59,079 nucleotides of DNA, from contig JAURNP010000112.1 in NCBI GenBank assembly GCA_030830105.1, positions 1 through 59,079 of the forward strand. Reading direction: 5' to 3'. This DNA is from Rhodothermales bacterium (GTDB lineage Bacteria; Bacteroidota; Rhodothermia; Rhodothermales; UBA10348). Shown here one piece after another: positions 18,254 to 28,075 of the stretch. A program made the position numbers and the translations under genes. The stretch's first letter is position 1; each line of letters opens with the position of its first letter. The notes under the pieces were generated by a model. The model made no database searches, had not been told where the DNA came from, and saw only the letters and a list, made by a program, of their open reading frames with translations.

Positions 18254-19158
18254 CAGTACACCCCCAAGTCTTCTGCGTTGACAACACTTCCATCAAACTC
18301 TGATCGCACTTCTTCCAGGAGCGTCTCCAGGGAGGAAGACCACTCCAATTGATGATAGAGCACCAATAATCCCGGTTGCGCGCGCTGTGCGATGCGGCCA
18401 AGCTCCTTAGCCGACGTATGGAACTGGGCGTGATAGCTTTGCCAGAACGGTGTACGACGCTCCCAAGCAGAATCGGAGTACGCTTCGTGCAGCAGCACAT
18501 CGCATTGCTGGCACATCTGCTCGATGATGTCTGATTCTGCCGTATCACCCGAGATGACGATGACCCGATCCGGTGTCGTGAATCGGTAGCCGAACGCATC
18601 CGGCCAGCTTCCATGTGGGACATTGAATGCCTCCACCGTAACCAGTGAATCCTGATACACAACCCCGGCGGTAACATCATGCGCTTCTACACGCCATCCC
18701 GTGTTGTTGGCTGGCTCCAGTCCGTACAGCCGGATCTGGATATCCCGTTCGTAGGCCTTCAGCAGGTGATGCGCCATGTCTGAGGTACCTTCCGGACCGT
18801 ACAATTCCAGCGGATCAGTGCGCTCGAGTACCCAGGGTGAGAGCATCAGATCAGGTAAACCAACCGTGTGATCCGAGTGCAAGTGTGTCAGGAACGCCTT
18901 GCTCAATTTGGTCATGTGCAAGCCTTCGATGCCCTGGTCAACTGCAGCCTGAGCGCGACGAACGATGCCTGGCCCCGCATCCACGATGTAGGGAGTCGTT
19001 CCTACAACGATGGCCACGCTGGGACCACTTCGATCCGGCATGGGATTGGGCGTACCGGTGCCCAGCATCACGACTTTGGTTTCGATGGCCGGAGGCTCCT
19101 GTGCCGATGCGGGCAGCAGCACTAGAAGGGTGATGAACAGGAAGGACAGGGTGCGCAT
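18253..19158 (-). CDS. MBL-fold metallo-hydrolase, secreted
   Basis: HLHSDH metal motif and overall beta-lactamase-fold pattern. Start trimmed to MRTLSFLFITLLVLLPASAQ (signal peptide). Confidence 0.8.
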   Translation of the reverse strand: MRTLSFLFITLLVLLPASAQEPPAIETKVVMLGTGTPNPMPDRSGPSVAIVVGTTPYIVDAGPGIVRRAQAAVDQGIEGLHMTKLSKAFLTHLHSDHTVGLPDLMLSPWVLERTDPLELYGPEGTSDMAHHLLKAYERDIQIRLYGLEPANNTGWRVEAHDVTAGVVYQDSLVTVEAFNVPHGSWPDAFGYRFTTPDRVIVISGDTAESDIIEQMCQQCDVLLHEAYSDSAWERRTPFWQSYHAQFHTSAKELGRIAQRAQPGLLVLYHQLEWSSSLETLLEEVRSEFDGSVVNAEDLGVY

Positions 19159-19286
19159 GTCGGCAGAGTTGGGGTAGCTGGAGGAAGCATGGTACGAGTG
19201 CAGCAGATTCGTGTCCAAATGTGCCGGAGAATTCGGTGGTTCACGGACATTGGGGAATTACCGGTTGCCACTCGTCGGAAATGACA

Positions 19287-19320
19287 CGGGCCGGGCTCGC
19301 CGCATGGCGAGCCCGGCCCG
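19287..19320 (-). terminator. perfect 15-bp GC-rich hairpin downstream of the AbgT gene (no T tract)
   Basis: CGGGCCGGGCTCGCC-gcat-GGCGAGCCCGGCCCG, 25 nt after the AbgT stop codon. Confidence 0.5.
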
Positions 19321-19344
19321 TCTAGTTGATTCGGCCGACACGGC

Positions 19345-20901
19345 TTACATAGCCGGAGGCGGATAGCTGTAGAAGGCCTGCAGACCGAGCGGAATGCCAA
19401 TCGCCCAGAAGACGAGCAGGAAGATCGACCAGACCACCAAGAAGACTACCGTGTATGGAAGCATGATGGAGGTCAGCGTGCCGATGCCCGTCTTCTTGAA
19501 ATACCGCTGGCAGTAAACCACCACCAGCGGGAAGTATGGCATCAGCGGCGTGATGATGTTCGAAGACGAATCTCCCACGCGGTAGGCTGCCTGTGTCAGC
19601 TCCGGGGAAATGCCGACCTGCATGAGCATGGGCACGAAGATCGGAGCCAGCAATGCCCACTTGGCCGAAGCCGAGCCCACGAAAAGGTTCACAAAGGCTG
19701 TCAGGAAGACAATACCAACGATCGTAACACCGCCCGGGAAGGCCAGGGCCTTGAGCAATGCTGCACCTTTGAGGGCGAGTAGCGCGCCAATATTCGACTG
19801 TCCAAAGGCGTACACGAACAGGGCACAGAAGAAGGCCATCACGATGTAGTAGGACATCCCGTTCATGGCCTTGGTCATGGCATCGACCATGTCCTTCGAC
19901 TTGCGGAATTTGCCCGTTACATATCCGAATACCACCCCAGGCAGCAGGAAGAGCAAGAAGATCAGCGGTACAATGGACTGCATGATCGGCGCCTGGAAAC
20001 TGTTGAGTGATCCGGAAGCATCCCGCATCGGAGAGTCCTCCGGAATCAGGATGAAGACCAGCAACACCAATCCTGCAACCAGGGTCAGCGTGGACCAAAG
20101 AAACGCTTTCTTTTCCACGGCTGACACGGTATCCATGTCTTCTGCCTTTTCGGCATCCTCATCGATCGGCGTGGTCCGGTTCAGGCGCGGCTCGATGATC
20201 CAGTCGGTGATGGCCCAGCCGAGTGCCACGATCAGGATGGACGAGATGGCGGTGAAATAGTAATTGCCCAGCGGGTTGACCAGCACCGACGGATCAATGA
20301 TTTGGGCCGCCGGCTGCGTAAAGCCTTGCAGAAGCGGATCGAGGGCACCCGGAAGCGGATTGGCTGAAAACCCACCAGATACACCGGCAAACGCCGCCGC
20401 AATACCTGCAATGGGATGTCTACCAACCGCGTAGAAGATGATGCCTCCCAGCGGAATCACCAGCACATATCCAGCATCGATGGCGCTGTGCGAAACGAGA
20501 CCAACGAGAACGACCATGGGCGTCATAAGCGCCTTGGGCGTCCACGACAAGGTCATCTTGATGCTGGTGTTGAAGTAGCCTGCTTCATCGGCCACTCCCA
20601 CCCCGAGCATGGCTACCAGCACTACCCCGAGTGGGGCAAAGCCGGTAAATATGGTCACCATCTGGGATAGGAAGGTGGCCATCGCATCTCCGGCAAGGAG
20701 ATTGTTGATGACAATGGGTGCGCCGGAGCGTGGATCGATGTCCGCGAAGGACATTCCGGACATCAGCCAGGAAAGAATCCAGACGACGATAAGGGAGATG
20801 AGGAAAAGCATCGCTGGATCGGGCAGTTTGTTGCCGATTACCTCGATGCGGTTAAGTGCCCCTTCTACAAAGCCGGGCTTGGCTTGTGTGGTGGTGTCCA
20901 T
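19345..20901 (-). CDS. AbgT family transporter (p-aminobenzoyl-glutamate transporter family)
   Basis: 518 aa, polytopic. The N-terminus ...GALNRIEVIGNKLPDPAMLFL... and the length are typical of AbgT/MtrF. Confidence 0.85.
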   Translation of the reverse strand: MDTTTQAKPGFVEGALNRIEVIGNKLPDPAMLFLISLIVVWILSWLMSGMSFADIDPRSGAPIVINNLLAGDAMATFLSQMVTIFTGFAPLGVVLVAMLGVGVADEAGYFNTSIKMTLSWTPKALMTPMVVLVGLVSHSAIDAGYVLVIPLGGIIFYAVGRHPIAGIAAAFAGVSGGFSANPLPGALDPLLQGFTQPAAQIIDPSVLVNPLGNYYFTAISSILIVALGWAITDWIIEPRLNRTTPIDEDAEKAEDMDTVSAVEKKAFLWSTLTLVAGLVLLVFILIPEDSPMRDASGSLNSFQAPIMQSIVPLIFLLFLLPGVVFGYVTGKFRKSKDMVDAMTKAMNGMSYYIVMAFFCALFVYAFGQSNIGALLALKGAALLKALAFPGGVTIVGIVFLTAFVNLFVGSASAKWALLAPIFVPMLMQVGISPELTQAAYRVGDSSSNIITPLMPYFPLVVVYCQRYFKKTGIGTLTSIMLPYTVVFLVVWSIFLLVFWAIGIPLGLQAFYSYPPPAM

Positions 20902-21121
20902 GCGGATAACGTCTGATGAACGAATCGCATGAATCTACGCGGCGGCCTGCGGAATCGCGAGATGCAAGGACACCATTTCTTGCGGGTCAGGCAGCAGGCG
21001 AGCGAATTGGAGCACGATTGGGGAATGTCTTCGGCATCTAAATCGTCCGAATTCGAGAAACGCGGTGCATACAGCCGCGTTATGCCGATTCCGAGCTTTT
21101 TTCCACCCAGTCTATATATCT

Positions 21122-23515
21122 ATGAAAAGCACGTTTCTTCATCGTTTGCTTGGCCTGCTGGCGATCGAGCTGATGCTCGCACTCGTCGCACTGCCAGCAA
21201 CCGCCCAATCGCTGGCCGTTTCTGGTTCAACCGGTCTTGGATTCGGCGGCACCCTGTCGATTTCAGGCGATCATATTGTGGTCGGTTCGGCGCCAACGGG
21301 TTGGCCCCGAGGCGATGAGCCAGCTGGTGTTGTCTACGTTTATCAGCGCGGCGAAGATGGAGCGTGGATGGAGGGCACGCGTCTGATGGCGTCCGATGCC
21401 CAGACAGGCGATGACTTCGGCCGCACCGTTTTCATGCGCAACGGCCGCATCGTTGTCGGTGCACCGGGGATGAACGCAGCCTACGTTTTTGACCAGCAGG
21501 ATGATGGCAGCTGGGCAGAGACCGGCAAACTGCAGCCAGCCGACCTCGCTGAGGGTGCTGAGTTCGGCGGGGCGTATGCTCGGGCCGGAAACCGGACCGG
21601 CAACATTGCTTTTGCTAAGGATCAGATCATCGTGACGTCCTACAACGGCGATACCCACGCAGGAGCTGTCCACGTCTTCAAGCCGGGCACCGATGGTTGG
21701 GAGGAAATGACCGTCTTGCAGGCTGCCACGGCGAAGGAAGGTGATGGATTCGGTTTCAGCGTTGCCGCCGATGATGGCAACATCTTTGTGTCCGCTCCCC
21801 GGACCAACGAGCAGGCCGGCGTCATCTATGTCTTCATGGATCACGGCTATTGGATGCAGATGGGTATGCTGCGCCCTTCAGTAGAAGGATCGGCTCAGCT
21901 TGGGTCATCCCTGACGGTTTCCGACGGAAAAGTATACGCAGGTGCCCCGGCAACGAATCGTACGGGTGCCCTGGAGGTGTACGCGCTGCAGCCCAATGGC
22001 ATGTTCGGGCATGAGGCCACCATGGTCCCCGAACTGGAAGAAGGACAGCGCCTGTTCGGCTTCGGTCGCAGCGTCGCCGTTTCGGACGGTCAGGCGATGG
22101 TAACAGCAGGCGGATCGGCCTATGCCGTGAACCTGGAATCAGGCGAGATGACACATATCGCGGCTCCGGATCCCCGCTTTCAGCCCGGGTTCGGTATTGG
22201 TGCTGCCCTCAATGGGTCGGTAGCCGCTATCGGAAGCCCAACGGCAGACTATGAGGCGGGTCTTGCTACCGTCTGGGAAAATCATGACGGCATGTGGCAT
22301 TACACTGGCGTTCTTGCCAGCGACGTCAGCCGGTTCTCTTCGTATTCCGAAGGCAAAGTCGAGTGCGAGGATGGCGAAGCCCAGGGCTTTGCTTGTGATA
22401 ATGTGGACCTGGTTTCATTCCTGAGCATCGGCGACGTCTCCAGTGAGCGCGGAGTGGGTATGACGGATATATGGGGCTGGGAAGACTCGGAAACCGGGAA
22501 AGAATGGGTCATTCTCGGACGTACGGAGGGTGTTTCCTTCGTTGATATCAGCAATCCTTCGAATCCGGTATGGGTCGGCGAAATGCTGAAGACAGCTTCT
22601 TCTCCCGGCAGTGGCTGGCGCGACGTCAAGGTTTTCAAGGACCATGCCTTCGTGGTCGCGGACGGTGCCGAACAGCATGGTCTGCAAATCTTCGATCTGA
22701 CTCAGCTGCGCGATGTGGATCCGGCAGATATGCCTGTCACGTTCGAGGAGACCGCTCGATACGACGGCACGGCCTCCACGCACAACGTGGTCATCAACGA
22801 GGCCTCGGGGTATGCCTACCTCGTGGGTAATCGTTCTGGCGGTGAGACGTGCAGCGGCCAGTTACACATGGTTGACATCAACGACCCGCAGAATCCAGTC
22901 TTTGCCGGATGTCAGTCGTTTTCAGACGCTGGCGGTACGCATGATTCGCAGTGCGTCCTCTATGAAGGCGATGACACCGACTTCCAGGGTCGTGAGATCT
23001 GCTTCAACTCCAGCGGCAACATGTTCGTGATCGCGGATGTGACGGATAAGGCTGACCCGGTCACGCTCGCCGCTACGTCTTATCCGAACCAGGCCTACAC
23101 CCATCAGGGGTGGCTGACAGAGGATCACAACTACTTCTACATGAACGATGAGCTCGACGAGATGGGGGGGCTGACGGAAAACACCCGGACGCTCATCTGG
23201 GACGTGCGCGATCTGGAGGACCCGGTCTTGGTGCGCGAGTTCTTCCTGTCGAACGCGGCCTCGGATCACAACCTCTACATCAAGGGCAACTTCATGTACC
23301 AGTCCAACTATCAGGCTGGTCTGCGCATCCTTGACGTATCCGATCCGGAGAACCCGGTCGAGGTGGGGCATTTCGATACGGTGCCCTTCGGAGAAGACGA
23401 GGCCGGATTCGGTGGCTCCTGGAGCAACTATCCGTACTTCCGCAGCGGCGTGATTGCTGTCTCAAGTCGTGGAGAAGGGCTCTTCCTGCTCCAGAAACGC
23501 GAACTGGATCTTTAA
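21122..23515 (+). CDS. secreted FG-GAP-like repeat / choice-of-anchor B (LVIVD-repeat) family protein
   Basis: Signal MKSTFLHRLLGLLAIELMLALVALPATAQ. The N-terminal half has repeated G..FG.SV...G..IVVGAP units. The C-terminal half (FACDNVDLVSFL...DIWGWEDSETGKEWVILGRTEGVSFVDISNPSNP...) matches the choice-of-anchor B pattern. Confidence 0.7.
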   Translation: MKSTFLHRLLGLLAIELMLALVALPATAQSLAVSGSTGLGFGGTLSISGDHIVVGSAPTGWPRGDEPAGVVYVYQRGEDGAWMEGTRLMASDAQTGDDFGRTVFMRNGRIVVGAPGMNAAYVFDQQDDGSWAETGKLQPADLAEGAEFGGAYARAGNRTGNIAFAKDQIIVTSYNGDTHAGAVHVFKPGTDGWEEMTVLQAATAKEGDGFGFSVAADDGNIFVSAPRTNEQAGVIYVFMDHGYWMQMGMLRPSVEGSAQLGSSLTVSDGKVYAGAPATNRTGALEVYALQPNGMFGHEATMVPELEEGQRLFGFGRSVAVSDGQAMVTAGGSAYAVNLESGEMTHIAAPDPRFQPGFGIGAALNGSVAAIGSPTADYEAGLATVWENHDGMWHYTGVLASDVSRFSSYSEGKVECEDGEAQGFACDNVDLVSFLSIGDVSSERGVGMTDIWGWEDSETGKEWVILGRTEGVSFVDISNPSNPVWVGEMLKTASSPGSGWRDVKVFKDHAFVVADGAEQHGLQIFDLTQLRDVDPADMPVTFEETARYDGTASTHNVVINEASGYAYLVGNRSGGETCSGQLHMVDINDPQNPVFAGCQSFSDAGGTHDSQCVLYEGDDTDFQGREICFNSSGNMFVIADVTDKADPVTLAATSYPNQAYTHQGWLTEDHNYFYMNDELDEMGGLTENTRTLIWDVRDLEDPVLVREFFLSNAASDHNLYIKGNFMYQSNYQAGLRILDVSDPENPVEVGHFDTVPFGEDEAGFGGSWSNYPYFRSGVIAVSSRGEGLFLLQKRELDL

Positions 23516-23525
23516 TCAGGCGATA

Positions 23526-23567
23526 CCGGGCGCTGGGTTTCACCAACTGGTGAAACCCAGCGCCCGG
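23526..23567 (+). terminator. perfect 19-bp hairpin after the choice-of-anchor B gene (no T tract)
   Basis: CCGGGCGCTGGGTTTCACC-aact-GGTGAAACCCAGCGCCCGG, starting 11 nt after the stop. Confidence 0.55.
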
Positions 23568-23585
23568 CAAACCGTCCTATTTTGC

Positions 23586-23999
23586 ATGACGACACATTCC
23601 ACATCAACGCGACGCAATTTTCTCAAGGTGGCTTTCGCTGGTATGGGCTTGAGTGTCCTGCCGGCGCGTGCCTTTGCTCGTTTCGAACATCCGGAACCGC
23701 GTGAGGGGATCGACGCCTCTCTCGTCATCACCGACGAACAGGCTGCCATCTACGGTGAGGATTCGGTTGAAGTCGTGCGGATGATCCGAGAAATACCCCA
23801 GATTGCCGACGGCATCGGGTGTTACTGCGGGTGCCATGTCCGCCCCGGCTACCGCTCTTTGTTGACGTGTTTCTACGAAGATGGCCGCGGAGCAGGTTGT
23901 CCCATCTGTCAGGGCGAGGCCAAACTGGCCTATCGTCGACATGAAGAAGGCCAGTCCCTCGATCGAATCCGACGCGCCATCGATGCGCGATTCGGATGA
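23586..23999 (+). CDS. PCYCGC-motif Cys-rich protein with Tat signal
   Basis: MTTHSTSTRRNFLKVAFAGMGLSVLPARAFA is Tat-type. GCYCGCHVRPGYRSLLTCF...CPICQGEA matches the PCYCGC-motif family. Confidence 0.65.
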   Translation: MTTHSTSTRRNFLKVAFAGMGLSVLPARAFARFEHPEPREGIDASLVITDEQAAIYGEDSVEVVRMIREIPQIADGIGCYCGCHVRPGYRSLLTCFYEDGRGAGCPICQGEAKLAYRRHEEGQSLDRIRRAIDARFG

Positions 24000-24081
24000 C
24001 CCACTACTGATCTACCACTGTTTCAAGGCTGATTTGCCACTGATCCACCGCTGGTTCGCCCAGATACTGCCGCCCAGATCC

Positions 24082-24999
24082 ATGACTCGATTCCTGCCAG
24101 TTCTGACCGTGTCAGGGCTTCTTTTATGCTCCCTGTTCCTGCTGCCGAATGAGGCCGACGCCCAAATTGCGTTGAGTCCTCGCGGATCGGTCTCTCAGAC
24201 CATCGATGGGACCACGATTGACGTCGAATATTCCCGCCCGCGTTTACGCGGACGCACGGGCATGTTCGGCGGTCCTATTTGGTGGGGACACATCTGGACA
24301 CCGGGCGCAGACTGGGCGACGATCATCGAGGTCAATAATGACATCACGCTTTCCGGCACGGAAATACCCGCCGGGAAGTATTCCATCTGGATGGTGGTAA
24401 CAGAGACGGGTGACTGGGAGGTAATCCTGGATCCGGAGTGGAAGCAGTTTCACTTGCCGGAGCCACAAAAGAATGGTGATGAGATCACATTCTGGGTGAC
24501 TCCCAATCGCGAAGCACCCGTTGAGGAAACCCTGACGTGGGAGTTCGTCGACAATACCAATTCGGGCACGAAGCTGCGTCTGCATTTCGAGACGCATGAA
24601 GTGATCCTGCCCATCGAAGTCCCGTCGCGCTTGCAGATGTTCGTCACGCAAGAAGAGGCAGCACCCTACGTCGGTACCTACGCGATGCAGGTGAACGAAT
24701 ATGTTTGGACACCGAGACCCTTCCAATACGAGATGCGAATGTGGTTCGAAAGCGATCAACTGCGTTTCAACATGCAGCTCTCCCCGGACGACCCCAATTT
24801 CATGTTTCAGACCGGCATGCTGCCCTTGCCGCAGGCTCGAGGCATCTACTACGTGGCGTTCCTCGAGGACGGCGAAGTCTTCCAGACCCTGGACGACATG
24901 GTAGAATTTGTCTACGATGACAGCGGCGCCGTCTCTGGATTCGAACTGCGTGCCGAGGACGATACGCTCTGGATGGTTGGGACCCGGGTCTCAGAATAG
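24082..24999 (+). CDS. secreted DUF2911 domain-containing protein
   Basis: Signal MTRFLPVLTVSGLLLCSLFLLPNEADAQ. IDVEYSRPRLRGRTGMFGGPIWWGHIWTPGADWATIIEVNNDITLSGTEIPAGKYSIWMV is the DUF2911 pattern. Confidence 0.65.
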   Translation: MTRFLPVLTVSGLLLCSLFLLPNEADAQIALSPRGSVSQTIDGTTIDVEYSRPRLRGRTGMFGGPIWWGHIWTPGADWATIIEVNNDITLSGTEIPAGKYSIWMVVTETGDWEVILDPEWKQFHLPEPQKNGDEITFWVTPNREAPVEETLTWEFVDNTNSGTKLRLHFETHEVILPIEVPSRLQMFVTQEEAAPYVGTYAMQVNEYVWTPRPFQYEMRMWFESDQLRFNMQLSPDDPNFMFQTGMLPLPQARGIYYVAFLEDGEVFQTLDDMVEFVYDDSGAVSGFELRAEDDTLWMVGTRVSE

Positions 25000-25070
25000 C
25001 CCTTTCTGGCATGCCGACCCCTTTCAGGGATCTCGTTACGCCTCCTTAGCGGGCATACCCCGAGTCATGG

Positions 25071-26099
25071 TCAAGCTCCAGGCCAGGTGTCGCCGACCCG
25101 GTACCCCTGAGGCCAAGGATCCTCCGGATCCAGCATGAGCTGCCTCGTTCCCACGATCCAGGCTCGGCCGGACACGGTCGGGATAATCGCCTCACGGCCA
25201 CCCACTCGAGCCGTTGCTTCGATGCGGCCGGTAAACTCGGAGTCGATGATGGACCGCGCGAGGTAGGTCATGTTGGAATCCATGCGGCCTTTCGCGTGCA
25301 GGACGGCCATACGGGCAGATACACCCGTGCCCGTCGGACATCGATCCAGTTTCCCCGGTCGGATGGCGACGGTATTGCGGCCGCTGAGTACTCCGTCGTT
25401 TTCTTCAAGAGGCTCCGTGAATTGGCAAAACGAAATGTGATCCCAATCCGGATTTTCGGGATGAGTAAAGCCCAATTGCTGGTTGGCGGCTTCCACAATC
25501 CGGACGCCTACCTCGGCCAGTTCGCGGGCGTTCGACGGGTCGAGTCGAACGCCTGCTTCCGCGGCATCCACAATCACGAAGCTGTCGCCGCCGTACGCAG
25601 TATCGACGGTCAGAGGACCGATGCCCGGTACATCCAGCTGTGCATCGAGCTGGTCGGCAAACGAGGGGACATTGGTGATTTGAACCCGCTCGGCTTTCCC
25701 GTTCCGGCATGTCGCGCGGACGCGCACCAGGCCTCCAGGTGCTTCCAAGGTCAGCAAGGTCTCGGGCTCGGTCATGGGCACCATTCCGGTATCGAGAAGA
25801 GCCGTGGCCACGCACATCGAATTGGAACCTGACATGGGCGGCGTGTCAGCGGGTTCCATGATGATGAAGCCCATGTCCGCATCGGGATGTTTCGCAGGAA
25901 CAAGCAGGTTCACGTGTCGGAAAACTCCACCTCGAGGCTCATTCAGTACGAAATTTCGCAGGGTTTCATCGTTCGCGATGAAGGAACGCTGTTCCCAGAT
26001 CGTGTCTCCAGGTGGCGCCGGAACGCCTCCCACGATTACATCACCGACTTCACCTTCAGCGTGTACACTGACGATATGTACTAATTTTTCAGTTCTCAT
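25071..26099 (-). CDS. proline racemase superfamily protein with non-canonical Ser/Thr at the two catalytic positions
   Basis: [14 protein letters not shown]; PMSGSNS where MCGH(N/G)(S/T) is expected; [17 protein letters not shown] where DRSPCGTGTSA is expected. 342 aa. Confidence 0.85.
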   Translation of the reverse strand: MRTEKLVHIVSVHAEGEVGDVIVGGVPAPPGDTIWEQRSFIANDETLRNFVLNEPRGGVFRHVNLLVPAKHPDADMGFIIMEPADTPPMSGSNSMCVATALLDTGMVPMTEPETLLTLEAPGGLVRVRATCRNGKAERVQITNVPSFADQLDAQLDVPGIGPLTVDTAYGGDSFVIVDAAEAGVRLDPSNARELAEVGVRIVEAANQQLGFTHPENPDWDHISFCQFTEPLEENDGVLSGRNTVAIRPGKLDRCPTGTGVSARMAVLHAKGRMDSNMTYLARSIIDSEFTGRIEATARVGGREAIIPTVSGRAWIVGTRQLMLDPEDPWPQGYRVGDTWPGA

Positions 26100-26172
26100 G
26101 CTGAAAATATGTTATCGAGTTTCATTTCGATTCAACCCGCCGAACAGGTCTTCCACCCTTGTTTTTTCCCGC

Positions 26173-27987
26173 TCAGTGGGTGCCCATCTCTCCTTCGAGT
26201 GCCTCCCGGCCACCAACGATTGGAATCTCGATGGAAGTGGCACCCAGATCCACCTCAAGTTCTGAGCCCGGAGCCGGCCAGAGCGTGAATTCGCGATCCG
26301 ATGACATGATCATCAATCCAATTTTCTGTCCGGCCGGAATGACCTGATCATCCGGCTGGAGGTCGAATTCGAATTCGACGAAGTCGCCCGGAGTCAGTGG
26401 CGTACTCTCGGTCATGGACTCGGCATTCTGCGGATCGAACCAGCCACGCGTAATAATGCCACCTTGGGCCCGTCGGCCGTCGGTCCACGGCAAGGATATG
26501 AGCCATACCGAGAAGTTGACCGCTGGCTTGTTGGCGGCCAGTCGGACCTTCATGGTGGCCGTTCCTGAGATATGTACGTCCTGCGTCAGCTCCGGTGTGA
26601 CGTAGAGCAGTCGGTGGTTCGTGTACTCGGCTTGGGCCAGAGACTTACCACTGAAGGAGACGTTGTCGACAATTGTTTCGACGCCCTGCTCAGACGGTGC
26701 TTCCAGGGATAGTTCTGCCGTGTATTGTCCACCTTGTGTTGGATAGAGGCGGACTCCTTCAGATTCCGGATTCGGGTAGTCCGCGTAGGGGGTCGGCTCG
26801 AGACGCTCGTCGCCCTCGCGCGTGATCCATGCCTTCGGATCGTTTTCCACGCCGTTCTCTACGTCATACAGGTAGCGAGTGAACCATTTGTTCATCATGT
26901 CGAGCGGCGGAGGACCACCGTGTCCCCCCTGATGAAAGTACATCTGAACCGGTACCTGCCCTTTCAACGCGTCGATGATGCGAACGCTATGCTCGGGCAT
27001 CACATTCCAGTCATTGAACGCGTGTGCCATGAGCATGGCAGCCTTCACGTTGTCCACGACGTTCAGGTAGTCCCGGCCCGCCCAGAAATCATTATAGTCA
27101 CCGGTTACACGATCCCGACCCTCTACGTATTCTCCATCGCGAATGGTGGCATTGCAGTAGTCTCGGCGATCGCTCTGCCGGCTGTGGATGAAGTCATAAA
27201 GCACGTCAATATCTTCACCCAAGTAGCCACCAGGATGGCGAATCAGGCCATAAGACCGATAGTAGTGCCAGTATGATGTGTTCGGCGCCACTGGAATGAT
27301 TGCTTTGAGACCATCCACTCCTGTCGTGGCTGCAGCCAGCGGGAGCGTGCCGTTGTACGAGGTGCCTGTCATGCCCACATTCCCTGTGGACCAGTCAGCT
27401 ACCATTTCTTCACCGCCAACAGGAGCGGTGTAGCCTTTGGCTCGGCCGTTCAACCAGTCAACCACAGCCTTTGGGGCCAGGGATTCATTGATGCCACCCA
27501 CCGTTGGGCAGCCTTGTGACAGGCCCGTTCCTGGCGATTCAGAATGAACGACCGCAAATCCACGGGGAAGCCAGTCCTGCACAAAACCGCTGGAAATGCC
27601 CGGCCGGGTTCGGGCAGAGAATCCCTCGTATTTCTCCTTCGCTGGTGGGACAGCGCCCACTTCATGTTGGACATGCCAGAAAAGGTCGACAAGGCCGGCC
27701 GTACCGGAGTAGTACGGACTCGATCCATAGACAGTCGGGACTTTAAGCCCCTCAGACTCCGTCTGTGCCTGTCGCACGACTGACACGTGAACACGGTCAA
27801 GTGTACCATCCCCGTCTGAATCGAATTCCGTTTCAACCCAAAGCTGCTCGCGAATCCACTCGGCGTCATCGTTGAAGGCTTCCACTACCTGGGCCATTCC
27901 GTTTTCAAAAACGGGTCCGGTCTGGGCCAGCAGGGGAGAGGTGGCGAAAAGCAGAGAGAAAAGAAAGACAACAAGAACACGTTTCAT
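26173..27987 (-). CDS. Xaa-Pro dipeptidyl-peptidase (S15, PepX/CocE-NonD family), secreted
   Basis: Signal MKRVLVVFLFSLLFATSPLLAQ. Nucleophile motif GTSYNG. Length and C-terminal beta-sandwich region are typical of S15. Confidence 0.8.
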   Translation of the reverse strand: MKRVLVVFLFSLLFATSPLLAQTGPVFENGMAQVVEAFNDDAEWIREQLWVETEFDSDGDGTLDRVHVSVVRQAQTESEGLKVPTVYGSSPYYSGTAGLVDLFWHVQHEVGAVPPAKEKYEGFSARTRPGISSGFVQDWLPRGFAVVHSESPGTGLSQGCPTVGGINESLAPKAVVDWLNGRAKGYTAPVGGEEMVADWSTGNVGMTGTSYNGTLPLAAATTGVDGLKAIIPVAPNTSYWHYYRSYGLIRHPGGYLGEDIDVLYDFIHSRQSDRRDYCNATIRDGEYVEGRDRVTGDYNDFWAGRDYLNVVDNVKAAMLMAHAFNDWNVMPEHSVRIIDALKGQVPVQMYFHQGGHGGPPPLDMMNKWFTRYLYDVENGVENDPKAWITREGDERLEPTPYADYPNPESEGVRLYPTQGGQYTAELSLEAPSEQGVETIVDNVSFSGKSLAQAEYTNHRLLYVTPELTQDVHISGTATMKVRLAANKPAVNFSVWLISLPWTDGRRAQGGIITRGWFDPQNAESMTESTPLTPGDFVEFEFDLQPDDQVIPAGQKIGLMIMSSDREFTLWPAPGSELEVDLGATSIEIPIVGGREALEGEMGTH

Positions 27988-28075
27988 AACAGAACCAGGG
28001 AAAGTGAACCGGGAGACAGGAAGTAGGCCGGAAAGTGCAAGCTAGACAGATGCGGAGCCGAAAGTACAGCGTGCC

